A DNA stretch of 64,000 bases from assembly GCA_042408215.1 (NCBI GenBank), contig JAYFMW010000010.1:64001-128000 (forward strand), in the 5' to 3' direction. The translations under genes were made by a program, and so were the position numbers. Numbering within the stretch: the stretch's first letter is position 1; every line of letters begins with the position of its first letter. The stretch is from Microcoleus sp. (GTDB lineage: Bacteria; Cyanobacteriota; Cyanobacteriia; Cyanobacteriales; Microcoleaceae). The notes under the pieces were generated by a model, which was given only the letters and a program-made list of their open reading frames with translations, was not told where the DNA came from and made no database searches. This document shows positions 10,135 to 18,802 of the stretch, piece by piece.

Positions 10135-10860
10135 TCCCGCCTGGGGTTGCCAACCCCGGGCTAACAGCTAAATTCCTCTTAAGAGGACTGTAAATCTCAT
10201 ACATCAAAAACTAAAATTGAAATTATTAGTCGGTTGTAACTGAGATTTTGCACCGTCAAAAACCTGTAGGGGCGGGTTCACCAATAGCTTTAAAGGATAC
10301 CCAAAGACTAAAAAACCCGCCCCCACCAACGAAGCGAGTACCAGTTGCAATAACCGCTCTTAGGTTTCAACCCCTGTCTCAAGGGCGAAAGTCCTCGCTA
10401 TAATGATTAAAAACCTTTTCATCTCAACTTTTTAGTCGGTTAACACTGACATCTTGTACCAATATCAATAAGGGGCTGTTTTGTGGGTGGGGCGGGTTTA
10501 TTTAACCTGTTTGCAGCGTTTAAGGCTATTGGTGAACCCGCCCCTACAAATTCTTGAGAATGGTGCAACATCTCAGTTAAAACTGACTTTCGCTGTGAGA
10601 GGGGGGTTTTAACCCTCGACGGGTTAAAGAGAATGGTGCAAGATATAACAGAAGGAAGTTCGGCAACGGATTTTGTAACGGATTTAACGGATGTAACGGA
10701 GGTCAATTCGGCAACGGATTTTCTAACGGATTTAACGGATGTAACGGAGGTCAGTAATCCTGAATCAGGAATCAGGAATCAGGCAAATGCAATAATAGCA
10801 ATGGTTTCACTGTCAACCGTCAACCGTCAACTGTCAACTGTCAACTGTCAACTGTCAACC
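10135..10860. repeat. Composite repeat block: MITE-like units (ends ACTGAGATxTTGCACC / GGTGCAACATCTCAGT), GTAGGGGCGGGTTCACCAATAGC REP-like motifs, 9-mer ACGGATTTA/ACGGATGTA repeats and a (TGTCAAC)n tract
   Basis: Inverted ends at 10240 and 10445/10577; related sequence at 21450 and 55775-55885; the 9-mer family recurs inverted at 26440-26505. Confidence 0.65.
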
Positions 10861-10900
10861 ATTCCGGTGTCACCGGAATTGATATTACCCCAATCCTCAA

Positions 10901-12682
10901 TTGTTACCAAATTCCCCTAAATCTACCCATCCTTTGCAGCGGCTGCTGAAATACGGGCGCCGCTATCGGCTTCAAACTTGGCTAGCAACTATCTGTTCAT
11001 TTCTGAATAAACTCTTCGACTTAGCCCCGCCGGCATTAATCGGTATTGCCGTTGATGTGGTGGTGAAACATCAAGATTCGATGCTCGCTCAGTGGGGCAT
11101 AAAAGATGTTTTTTGGCAACTGGCAATTATTACTATTTTGAGCGCGGTCGTTTGGGCTTTGGAATCTATTTTTGAATATGCCTATGATTATTTGTGGCGC
11201 AATTTGGCTCAGAATATTCAGCATGATTTGCGCCTGGAAGCTTACAGCCATTTGCAAGAATTAGAATTAGCTTATTTTGAAGAACGCAGCACGGGTGGTT
11301 TGATATCTATTCTGAATGATGATATCAATCAATTGGAGCGTTTTTTGGACGGCGGCGCTAATGATGTAATTCAGGTAATTACAACGGTAATTATTATTGG
11401 TGCTGCTTTTTTTGCAGCATCTCCTGCTGTTGCTGTGCTGTCAATGCTGCCGATACCGTTTATTGTTTGGGGCTCCATCGCTTTTCAAAATCGCCTCGCT
11501 CCTCTCTATGGGGATGTGCGGGAAAAAGTGAGTTTTTTGAACGGTCAACTGTTGAATAATTTGAGCGGAATTACTACTATTAAAAGTTTTACTTCCGAAG
11601 ATTATGAAACTCAGCGTATCGCAACTCAAAGCGAAGCTTATCGCCAAAGTAACCGACGGGCGATCGTACTTTCTGCTGCTTTTATTCCGTTGATTCGGAT
11701 TCTGATTTTCTTGGGTTTTATTGCTACGCTATTTCTGGGGGGTTTGGAAGTTGTGGCGGGCCGATTGTCTGTGGGAACTTACAGCGTTTTGGTGTTTTTG
11801 ACGCAGCGGTTGCTGTGGCCGCTGACTCGACTGGGGGACACTCTGGATCAGTATCAGCGGGCGATGGCTTCTACTAATCGGGTGATGAGTTTGCTGGATA
11901 CTCCGATCGCAATTCGGACTGGAGATCTTCGGTTGCCCATCAGTTCGATTAAGGGGGCGCTGGAATTTAAAAATGTGACTTTTTCTTACAATCAAAGAAG
12001 ACCAATTTTGCAGTATTTCTCGCTGACTCTGGCGGCGGGAAAAACTACGGCGATAGTTGGCCCTACTGGTTCGGGAAAAAGTACGTTAGTTAAGTTAATT
12101 TTGCGGCTTTATGAGGTACAATATGGAAAAATCACTCTGGATGGCATAGAATTAACTAAACTGAATTTAAAAGATTTGCGTCGGGCGATCGGATTGGTGA
12201 GTCAGGATGTGTTTTTGTTTCATGGTACGGTGGCACAAAATATTGCTTATGGCAGTTTTGATGCAACTAATTCAGAGATAATAGATGCTGCGAAAATTGC
12301 GGAAGCACACGAATTTATCGCGCAATTACCGGAGGGTTATGAGACAATTGTGGGGGAACGCGGTCAAAAATTGTCGGGGGGACAACGCCAGCGGATTGCA
12401 ATTGCTAGGGCTGTTTTGAAGAATCCGCCGATTTTGATTCTGGATGAAGCTACTTCAGCGGTGGATAATGAGACTGAGGCGGCTATTCAGCGATCGCTCG
12501 AACGAATTACTAAGAATCGTACTACAATTGCGATCGCCCACCGTCTTTCCACTGTCCGCAATGCTGACTGCATTTTTGTCATGGAAGATGGGCGAGTGGT
12601 AGAATCGGGACAGCACGAACAACTGCTCGAACATGACGGAGTTTATTCGTCGCTCTGGCGGGTGCAATCTGGTATAAAATAG
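10901..12682 (+). CDS. ABC transporter, fused permease/ATPase (MsbA-like exporter)
   Basis: 6 TM helices, [33 protein letters not shown]. Confidence 0.93.
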   Translation: MLPNSPKSTHPLQRLLKYGRRYRLQTWLATICSFLNKLFDLAPPALIGIAVDVVVKHQDSMLAQWGIKDVFWQLAIITILSAVVWALESIFEYAYDYLWRNLAQNIQHDLRLEAYSHLQELELAYFEERSTGGLISILNDDINQLERFLDGGANDVIQVITTVIIIGAAFFAASPAVAVLSMLPIPFIVWGSIAFQNRLAPLYGDVREKVSFLNGQLLNNLSGITTIKSFTSEDYETQRIATQSEAYRQSNRRAIVLSAAFIPLIRILIFLGFIATLFLGGLEVVAGRLSVGTYSVLVFLTQRLLWPLTRLGDTLDQYQRAMASTNRVMSLLDTPIAIRTGDLRLPISSIKGALEFKNVTFSYNQRRPILQYFSLTLAAGKTTAIVGPTGSGKSTLVKLILRLYEVQYGKITLDGIELTKLNLKDLRRAIGLVSQDVFLFHGTVAQNIAYGSFDATNSEIIDAAKIAEAHEFIAQLPEGYETIVGERGQKLSGGQRQRIAIARAVLKNPPILILDEATSAVDNETEAAIQRSLERITKNRTTIAIAHRLSTVRNADCIFVMEDGRVVESGQHEQLLEHDGVYSSLWRVQSGIK

Positions 12683-12696
12683 AAACGTAGCGCTTT

Positions 12697-12860
12697 TGGG
12701 GAATTGGGCATTGGGAATTGGGCATTGGGAATTGGGCATTGGGAATTGGGAATTAGTAATTAGTTATTAGTTATTCACACCAACCAATCACAAATAACCA
12801 ATCACAAATAACCAATAACCAATAACCAATAACTACTGACTACGAACTGCAAACTGCAAA
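12697..12860. repeat. STRR heptamer tracts (GGGAATT/GGGCATT, CCAATAA)
   Basis: Tandem 7-mers visible. Confidence 0.85.
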
Positions 12861-12889
12861 ATATTAGTTTCTACAAGCAAGAAGAGAAA

Positions 12890-13327
12890 ATGTTTCTATT
12901 TGAACCCCCTGAGTCAGAAAAAAAAGATGAAAATAACTGGCGTCGCAAGTTAGATAAATTTGTGAAAGCTAATCAACAAGAATTGGCTGCTTTGGCTTGG
13001 GGGCTCTTTCTGGAAAGGGGAGAAGAAAGTGAGGATATTTTGGGCATTGATATTGCCGGAACAGCGCGTTTTGTGTATTGTAAAAAAGAGGCTGTAGAGG
13101 AATTAAACCGTAAAGTTAAAAGTCATATTCAGGAAATTTTAGGTGTGTTGAACGCTCACAAACCTGAGAAAGAAGTGGCGATTGTGGCGATCGGCGAAGG
13201 TCAAATTAAGTTGATTCTATTTGAACCTAAACCTGAACCTCCTATTTGTTTTGAGGAAGCAGCAACAGATGTGGATACTTTGTTGGCTAGGCTGGAAAAG
13301 CAAATGGCAGAATATATGAAAGCATAA
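12890..13327 (+). CDS. ccmS: Beta-carboxysome assembly chaperone CcmS-like protein
   Basis: WRRKLDKFVKANQQELAALAWGL, FVYC, GIDI, IKLI.F.P.PEPPICFE resemble CcmS (recognised from memory). Confidence 0.7.
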   Translation: MFLFEPPESEKKDENNWRRKLDKFVKANQQELAALAWGLFLERGEESEDILGIDIAGTARFVYCKKEAVEELNRKVKSHIQEILGVLNAHKPEKEVAIVAIGEGQIKLILFEPKPEPPICFEEAATDVDTLLARLEKQMAEYMKA

Positions 13328-13344
13328 GTTCCTCGGCGTAGGCT

Positions 13345-13442
13345 TCAAAACCAAAGAAACCGGGTTTTTTACCGAATCTGCGATGCTCTAACGCATATTT
13401 TCGTAAAAAAACCCGGTTTCTGACCACCCGTGCATAAGTCCT
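13345..13442. repeat. AAACCGGGTTTTTT...AAAAAACCCGGTTT palindromic MITE/REP family
   Basis: Internal inverted repeat; further copies at 34735-35008 (x3), 38780-38890 and 51780-51880. Confidence 0.8.
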
Positions 13443-13447
13443 ATACA

Positions 13448-14383
13448 TCAGAATAACCAGCAATCAAAATAACCGGCGGGCGGCGAATCGTCATGCAAAA
13501 TTTGAGCTTTGTCTAAATTAGGTATAGCTTGCGCCAATTCTGTACCTACTTTTACTTCCTGCGATCTGTCTGTTAATGGAAATGAAAATTGATGGCTATC
13601 TTGCAAATATTTGGCTCTGGAAATAATCTCGTATTTATCTAAAATAGCGCTGTTGCTACCAATCAAAACGCTGTTAATTTCCTTCCAAGGGCATACACAT
13701 ACCTGGGAAAATACACTTTGAAAAGTTTTGACTTTTTCAGCATAAAAGTCATCTCTTTGCAGCAGGTTTACTAGGACAACTCCCTCGCTTGATAAGTGTT
13801 TTTCGCAGAGTTGATAAAATTCTTTGGTGGCTAGCCGGTGGGGAAAGTAGCCGTTGCCAAAAAATACGTCGGTCAGAATGATATCATACTGAATATCTCG
13901 GTTTTGCTGTTCGAGATACTCTCTGCCGTCTTGAATTGCTACCGTGAGTCGTGAATCTAATTTTACCCCAAAAAACTGTGTGGCTGCTGCGATCGCGATC
14001 GGATCGATATCCGCACAGTCGATCGCACTTTCGGGCAAATAGTGGTGCAAAACTAAGGGAATTCTGCCTCCGCCAAAACCAGCAATGTAGATTCTTTTAG
14101 GTTGGTTTTGCCACACTAAACCTAACATCATCGCTTGAGTATACTCAGACACTAGATGTAAAGGATTGTTGAAATTAAAAACAGATTGCAATAAATCTGT
14201 ATGCAAATTGACCTTTTCTACTAAAGATAGCTTAATTTGCGATCGCTCTTTTCTAACTACAACATAGTGTACTCCCGAATCTTGGCAAAAAATGATTCCG
14301 TCTGGCTGTTGTTGCAGCCAAGCAAGCCGCTGCCCAATTGCGGCTAAATTGATAGTTTGCCAATTTTTTTTGTGCTCAATCAT
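13448..14383 (-). CDS. Spermidine-synthase-like SAM-dependent transferase
   Basis: YTQAM, IAGFGGG, DIDP, DGREYL, YDIILTD, HLATKEFY. Confidence 0.8.
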   Translation of the reverse strand: MIEHKKNWQTINLAAIGQRLAWLQQQPDGIIFCQDSGVHYVVVRKERSQIKLSLVEKVNLHTDLLQSVFNFNNPLHLVSEYTQAMMLGLVWQNQPKRIYIAGFGGGRIPLVLHHYLPESAIDCADIDPIAIAAATQFFGVKLDSRLTVAIQDGREYLEQQNRDIQYDIILTDVFFGNGYFPHRLATKEFYQLCEKHLSSEGVVLVNLLQRDDFYAEKVKTFQSVFSQVCVCPWKEINSVLIGSNSAILDKYEIISRAKYLQDSHQFSFPLTDRSQEVKVGTELAQAIPNLDKAQILHDDSPPAGYFDCWLF

Positions 14384-14449
14384 CTGATTTTCAATGTGAT
14401 TTGAAATTTATCCTCTTCCAAGCATAGCCTGGAAGAAAAACTAGAGAAA

Positions 14450-15058
14450 TTAAGCCGATCGCACTTGCTTGTATGCCACCAATTCCAAACCCGAAATCGC
14501 AAATTCCACTCTTTGCCAATCTTCCTTTTTACCCTCAAACTTTTCAAACGCCGCTGAGGTGAGCAAAATCTCTCCCCCTTCCGCCAAATCCTCTCCCAGC
14601 TTCGATGCCAGATTGAATTCCGAGCCGTACATATCCTCTCCTTCCAGCATCAAAACCTCACCGTAACCTATGCCAATGCAGAGGTAAATATCCATCTCAG
14701 GTGGCAAAGTAGTGTTGACAGCCCCCGTGTGCTTCAGAGAGTTAATCGCAGCTTTCACAGCCGATTTCACATCAGGAAACACTGCAAAAATATTGTCAGC
14801 TTCCTCCTTAACTACAGTGCCGCCGTATTCAGCAATTACAGGTTTGACAATGGCGTGCATCCGATGAATCATTGCCAGAAAATGAATAATTCCGTAACGC
14901 ACAGTTGTCCGAGAAAATCCAGACATATCCATCACCAAAATCGCGTGAGTTTGGCGGAAATTTGCATTGATTTCGGCATCAATTTCTGCCATTTTTTCGG
15001 GACGTTCGTTTCTTTCTTGCAGCAACTTTTCCAGGTAAGCACGGTTGTTTGTTTTCAT
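14450..15058 (-). CDS. Stand-alone class III nucleotide cyclase domain protein
   Basis: MDMSGFS (metal-binding Asp), VKEEADN, IGIGYGEV, NLASKLGED, GGEILLT. Confidence 0.85.
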   Translation of the reverse strand: MKTNNRAYLEKLLQERNERPEKMAEIDAEINANFRQTHAILVMDMSGFSRTTVRYGIIHFLAMIHRMHAIVKPVIAEYGGTVVKEEADNIFAVFPDVKSAVKAAINSLKHTGAVNTTLPPEMDIYLCIGIGYGEVLMLEGEDMYGSEFNLASKLGEDLAEGGEILLTSAAFEKFEGKKEDWQRVEFAISGLELVAYKQVRSA

Positions 15059-15215
15059 TTTCTAAGAATACTAAATCTGGGTAATTTTTCGAGACTTTAT
15101 CCAGCGCTTCCACACCGTCAGATGCCTGAATTACATTCAATCCGCTGCACCTCAACTGATGTGAAATGCACTCCCGCTGGCTGCGGGAATCTTCTACAAC
15201 TCAAACTGTGCTCAT
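15059..15215 (-). pseudogene. CheY/PilH-like receiver-domain fragment
   Basis: Own translation: MSTV*VVEDSRSQRECISHQLRCSGLNVIQASDGVEALDKVSKNYPDLVFLE; stop at codon 5; truncated at the phosphoacceptor position. Confidence 0.8.
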
Positions 15216-15386
15216 CACTCCCCGCCTGGTTTCTGAGGTAAACTTGTCTGCGGCTGCGATTCGCCCTTGCTTAAATTATTTTACCCGCATTGGAAGAGTT
15301 TGTGCTCGTGGGCGATCGGGATTTCCTGACATTGAAACAAATCTTAAAATTCTGGAATTGCGATCGACCTGCGAAATACATTATTC

Positions 15387-15785
15387 TTAAAATAAACAAG
15401 TTCCTGTAAACACGGTCAAAATAGCAGCTATACTTGCAATTTTTGCAACTAACTGTGCCGGAGATGTTTTCTTAATAAATCCCCCCCAAATCGATATAAT
15501 TGCAAACACACAAATACCATTCAAGGCGTCAGCCCAAGAAATCCTCAAGTAGGGATGGTCTACATTTAGATAAATCGTAGATAGATTGAATTTAACGATC
15601 CAATTCCAGAGAATTGAGGCGACAGCCGTAGTAACAGCCGTAGCTATTTGAGAATTTAGAGCAAGTTTTATTTTGATTATTTTCAGTATCCCCAGAGTAA
15701 TCAGTCCATTCAAAACTGACCACATAAAAATATATGGATTCAGATAAAAAATAGGAGTGGTAAAAACATTAATTAGAGCATTCAT
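15387..15785 (-). CDS. Hypothetical membrane protein
   Basis: 132 aa with ~4 hydrophobic segments and an LNVD...RISWADALNG motif. Confidence 0.6.
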   Translation of the reverse strand: MNALINVFTTPIFYLNPYIFMWSVLNGLITLGILKIIKIKLALNSQIATAVTTAVASILWNWIVKFNLSTIYLNVDHPYLRISWADALNGICVFAIISIWGGFIKKTSPAQLVAKIASIAAILTVFTGTCLF

Positions 15786-15962
15786 TACTTGCGATTTTCA
15801 CGCTATTTTATTTACTATCTTAACATGAGTCGATCGCACTTCTTAACTACAATAACCCATTCACCAGAAGGCGACGACCGTGGGAGCAGATAAACAGTCG
15901 ATCGCACCCGCCGGCAAAATTCAATGTATAATATGAACGAAGTAAACCGCTATGAGTGAATC

Positions 15963-16409
15963 ATGTCCGCAAACACCGCGCTACCCCCAGCCCTAGCCAA
16001 AATCGTCCAGCGCTTTCAGCGACACTCCGACCCGAAACAGCGCTACGAACAACTGCTGTGGTATGCTAAGCGACTCCCAGCATTTCCCGAAAGCGACAAA
16101 CAGCCTGAAAACAAAGTTTCTGGCTGCGTATCGCAGGTTTATATTACTGCAAATTTAGCAGACGGAAAAGTTTTGTTTCAAGGCGATTCAGACGCTCAAT
16201 TAGTCAAAGGATTAGTTGGCTTACTCGTGGAAGGTTTGAGCGGATTAACGCCTGCTGAAATTGTTAGCGTTACCCCAGATTTTATTCAAGATACGGGATT
16301 GAATGTGAGCCTGACACCTTCCCGCGCTAATGGATTTTACAACATCTTTCAAATGATGAGAAATAAAGCACTTGCTTGTCAATTGAGCCTGCAAGCCGAA
16401 GCAAATTAA
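15963..16409 (+). CDS. sufE: Fe-S cluster assembly sulfur acceptor SufE
   Basis: KVSGCVSQV, GDSDAQLVKGL, LTPSRANG. Confidence 0.93.
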   Translation: MSANTALPPALAKIVQRFQRHSDPKQRYEQLLWYAKRLPAFPESDKQPENKVSGCVSQVYITANLADGKVLFQGDSDAQLVKGLVGLLVEGLSGLTPAEIVSVTPDFIQDTGLNVSLTPSRANGFYNIFQMMRNKALACQLSLQAEAN

Positions 16410-16423
16410 AACAATAAATAGCC

Positions 16424-17330
16424 ATGACTCAAACTACAGATTTAACAAAATCAAATTCTGGCAACTATCCCGCCACAGTTCAAGAATATCTCTGGAATTG
16501 GAAAGAAACGCAATTCAAAGTTATTTACGAAACCAGAGGAAAGGGAACTCCCTGTATTGTTGCTGCCGGCATTCAGTACGGTTTCGACGCGCGAAGAAAT
16601 GCGTCCTTTAGCAGAATTTTTGGCTCCCAATTTTCAAGTTGTGACTTTAGATTGGCCTGGTTTTGGCGATTCATCCCGCCCGCGAACTGACTACAAACCG
16701 ACATTATACCATCAATTTATCAAGGATTTTGTCGAGTCAATTTTTAATAGTCCTGTTGCTGTAATTGCGGCTGGTCACGCGGCGGGTTATGTGATGGCAT
16801 TAGCGCAATCAAAACCCAATGTTTGGTCAAAGATTGTGTTAGCTGCACCGACTTGGCGCGGGCCTTTACCAACGATGAGCAAACAGCAAAGTGGGTGGCA
16901 CGGAATTGTGAGAGAATTAGTCCGATCGCCCTTAATCGGACAATTCCTGTATAAACTGAATACTGCGCCGTCTTTCCTCAGTTTCATGTACCAGCGTCAC
17001 GTCTACGCGGATGCTGCTAAAGTGACGCCGGATTTTATTCAAAGCAAATGGCAAGTTACGCAAAAACCGGGTGCACGGTATGGTTCGGCGGCTTTTGTGA
17101 CTGGTGGTTTGGATACGGCAAAAGTGCGATCGGAATTTACAGATAAGTTTCGACAATTAGCAGTCCCGGTGATGGTTGTAATTGCTGAAAATGCGCCGCC
17201 AAAATCAAAGGCTGAAATGGAATTTTTAGCCGAATTACCGGGTGTTGAATCGCGAGTTATTCCTGGTTCTTTGGGGATGCACGAAGAGTATGCAGCAGAT
17301 TTGGCAAATGCGATTAAATCTTTTATTTGA
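16424..17330 (+). pseudogene. Alpha/beta hydrolase split by a 1-nt frameshift
   Basis: Removing one C from the CCC at 16550-16552 joins YETRGKGTP to VLLLPAFST..DWPGFGDS. Confidence 0.75.
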
Positions 17331-17394
17331 GAGAATTAAGAGGGATTGAACCACAGAGGGCGCAGAGAACGCAGAGGGGAGAAGGGAAGAGGGG

Positions 17395-18354
17395 ATGAAT
17401 GCAAGCTTTTTTTTTACGTTAGTTTGGGTTGTTTGTTATTGGTTTTGTCTGCCAGTTTATGCTGTCGGAGAGCCGTTGTTTGCTGATTCACAAAAGAGTA
17501 TAATTGAAGGTGCGATCGACTTTCACGTACATTCTTCTCCTGATGTGATTCCCCGCAGATTAGACGATTTTGAAGTAGCTAAATTAGCTGCTAGCGCGCA
17601 CATGAAAGCTGTGGTATTGAAAAATCATTTTGGGAGCACAGCAGCCCGCGCAGTTCTGGTTAATAAAATAGTACCAGAGATCGAAGTTTTTGGAGGAGTT
17701 GTTCTCAATAATTCTGTAGGTGGGATTAATCCCCAAGCTGTAGAAGCAATGCACCGCATCGGCGGCAAATATGGTAAAGTAGTTTGGTTGCCAACGGTTG
17801 ATGCTGACTGTCACTTGAGAGTTTTTCATCAGCCGGGAATTGGCATTAAAGTCGCGGAAAATGGCAATATTTCACCGGAAACAGAAGCGGTATTGAAGAT
17901 TGTAGCTAGAGATAATTTAGTGTTGGAAACTGGTCATATTTGCCCAGAAGAGGTTATGGCTGTTGTTGGGCGATCGCACTTTCTCAACATTAAGAACATC
18001 CTGATTACCCACGCAATGGCCGATGTACCCGGTTTGTCCCTAGAAAATATGCAAACAGCCGCCCAGATGGGAGCTTTCTTAGAACTCGCATTTGTCAACG
18101 ATTTGATGGGAGAAAATGCCGCCGATCGGGGACACAGAAACTGGCATCATGTTTCAATTGATCGGATGGCTGCCGCTATCAAACTAATAGGAGCCGAGCA
18201 TTTTGTTCTCAGTACAGATTTGGGCAGAAAACTCGATCCTTTGCCTGCGGAAGGTTACGAGTTATTTGTCAAAAAATTGATGAATGAAGGCATTTCTCAG
18301 CAGGAAATTGATTTAATGATCGAAGAAAATCCAGCTCGATTGTTAGGAATTTAG
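17395..18354 (+). CDS. Metal-dependent amidohydrolase-fold protein (DUF6282-like), probably exported
   Basis: Signal-like N-terminus, DFHVH, KNH, TGH, ITH, STDLG. Confidence 0.75.
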   Translation: MNASFFFTLVWVVCYWFCLPVYAVGEPLFADSQKSIIEGAIDFHVHSSPDVIPRRLDDFEVAKLAASAHMKAVVLKNHFGSTAARAVLVNKIVPEIEVFGGVVLNNSVGGINPQAVEAMHRIGGKYGKVVWLPTVDADCHLRVFHQPGIGIKVAENGNISPETEAVLKIVARDNLVLETGHICPEEVMAVVGRSHFLNIKNILITHAMADVPGLSLENMQTAAQMGAFLELAFVNDLMGENAADRGHRNWHHVSIDRMAAAIKLIGAEHFVLSTDLGRKLDPLPAEGYELFVKKLMNEGISQQEIDLMIEENPARLLGI

Positions 18355-18797
18355 AATTGGGCATTGGGCATTGGGCCGAAAAGCATCTTCGCCGAAAAGC
18401 ATTGGGAATAGGGCATTGGGAATTGGGAATTAGTAATTGGTAATTGAAACCAACAAATAACTAATCACTAATGACTAATCACTAATGACTAATGACTAAT
18501 TACGAATTACGAATTACGAATTACGAATTACGAATTCCCCATTCCCAATTACGAATTACGAATTACGAATTACGAATTACGAATTCCCAATTCCCAATTA
18601 CCCATTCCCAATTACCCATTCCCAATGACCAATGACCAATGACCAATGACTACTGACTAATGACTACTGACTAATGACTAATGACTAATGACTAATGACT
18701 AATTACGAATTCCCCATTCCCAATTACCTATTCCCAATGACTAATCACTAATCACTAATGACTAATGACTAATGACTAATGACTAATGACTAATGAC
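18355..18797. repeat. Large mosaic STRR block: (TTACGAA)n, (TGACTAA)n, (CCCAATT)n, (TGACCAA)n
   Basis: ~440 bp of tandem heptamers between convergent genes. Confidence 0.95.
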
Positions 18798-18802
18798 TTC
18801 TT

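Noticed and set aside
10440..10920. ORFs with TDLTDVTE / SVKSV / QLSTVN repeats
   Set aside because: Translations of 9-mer and 7-mer intergenic repeats; the same applies at 26197-26747.
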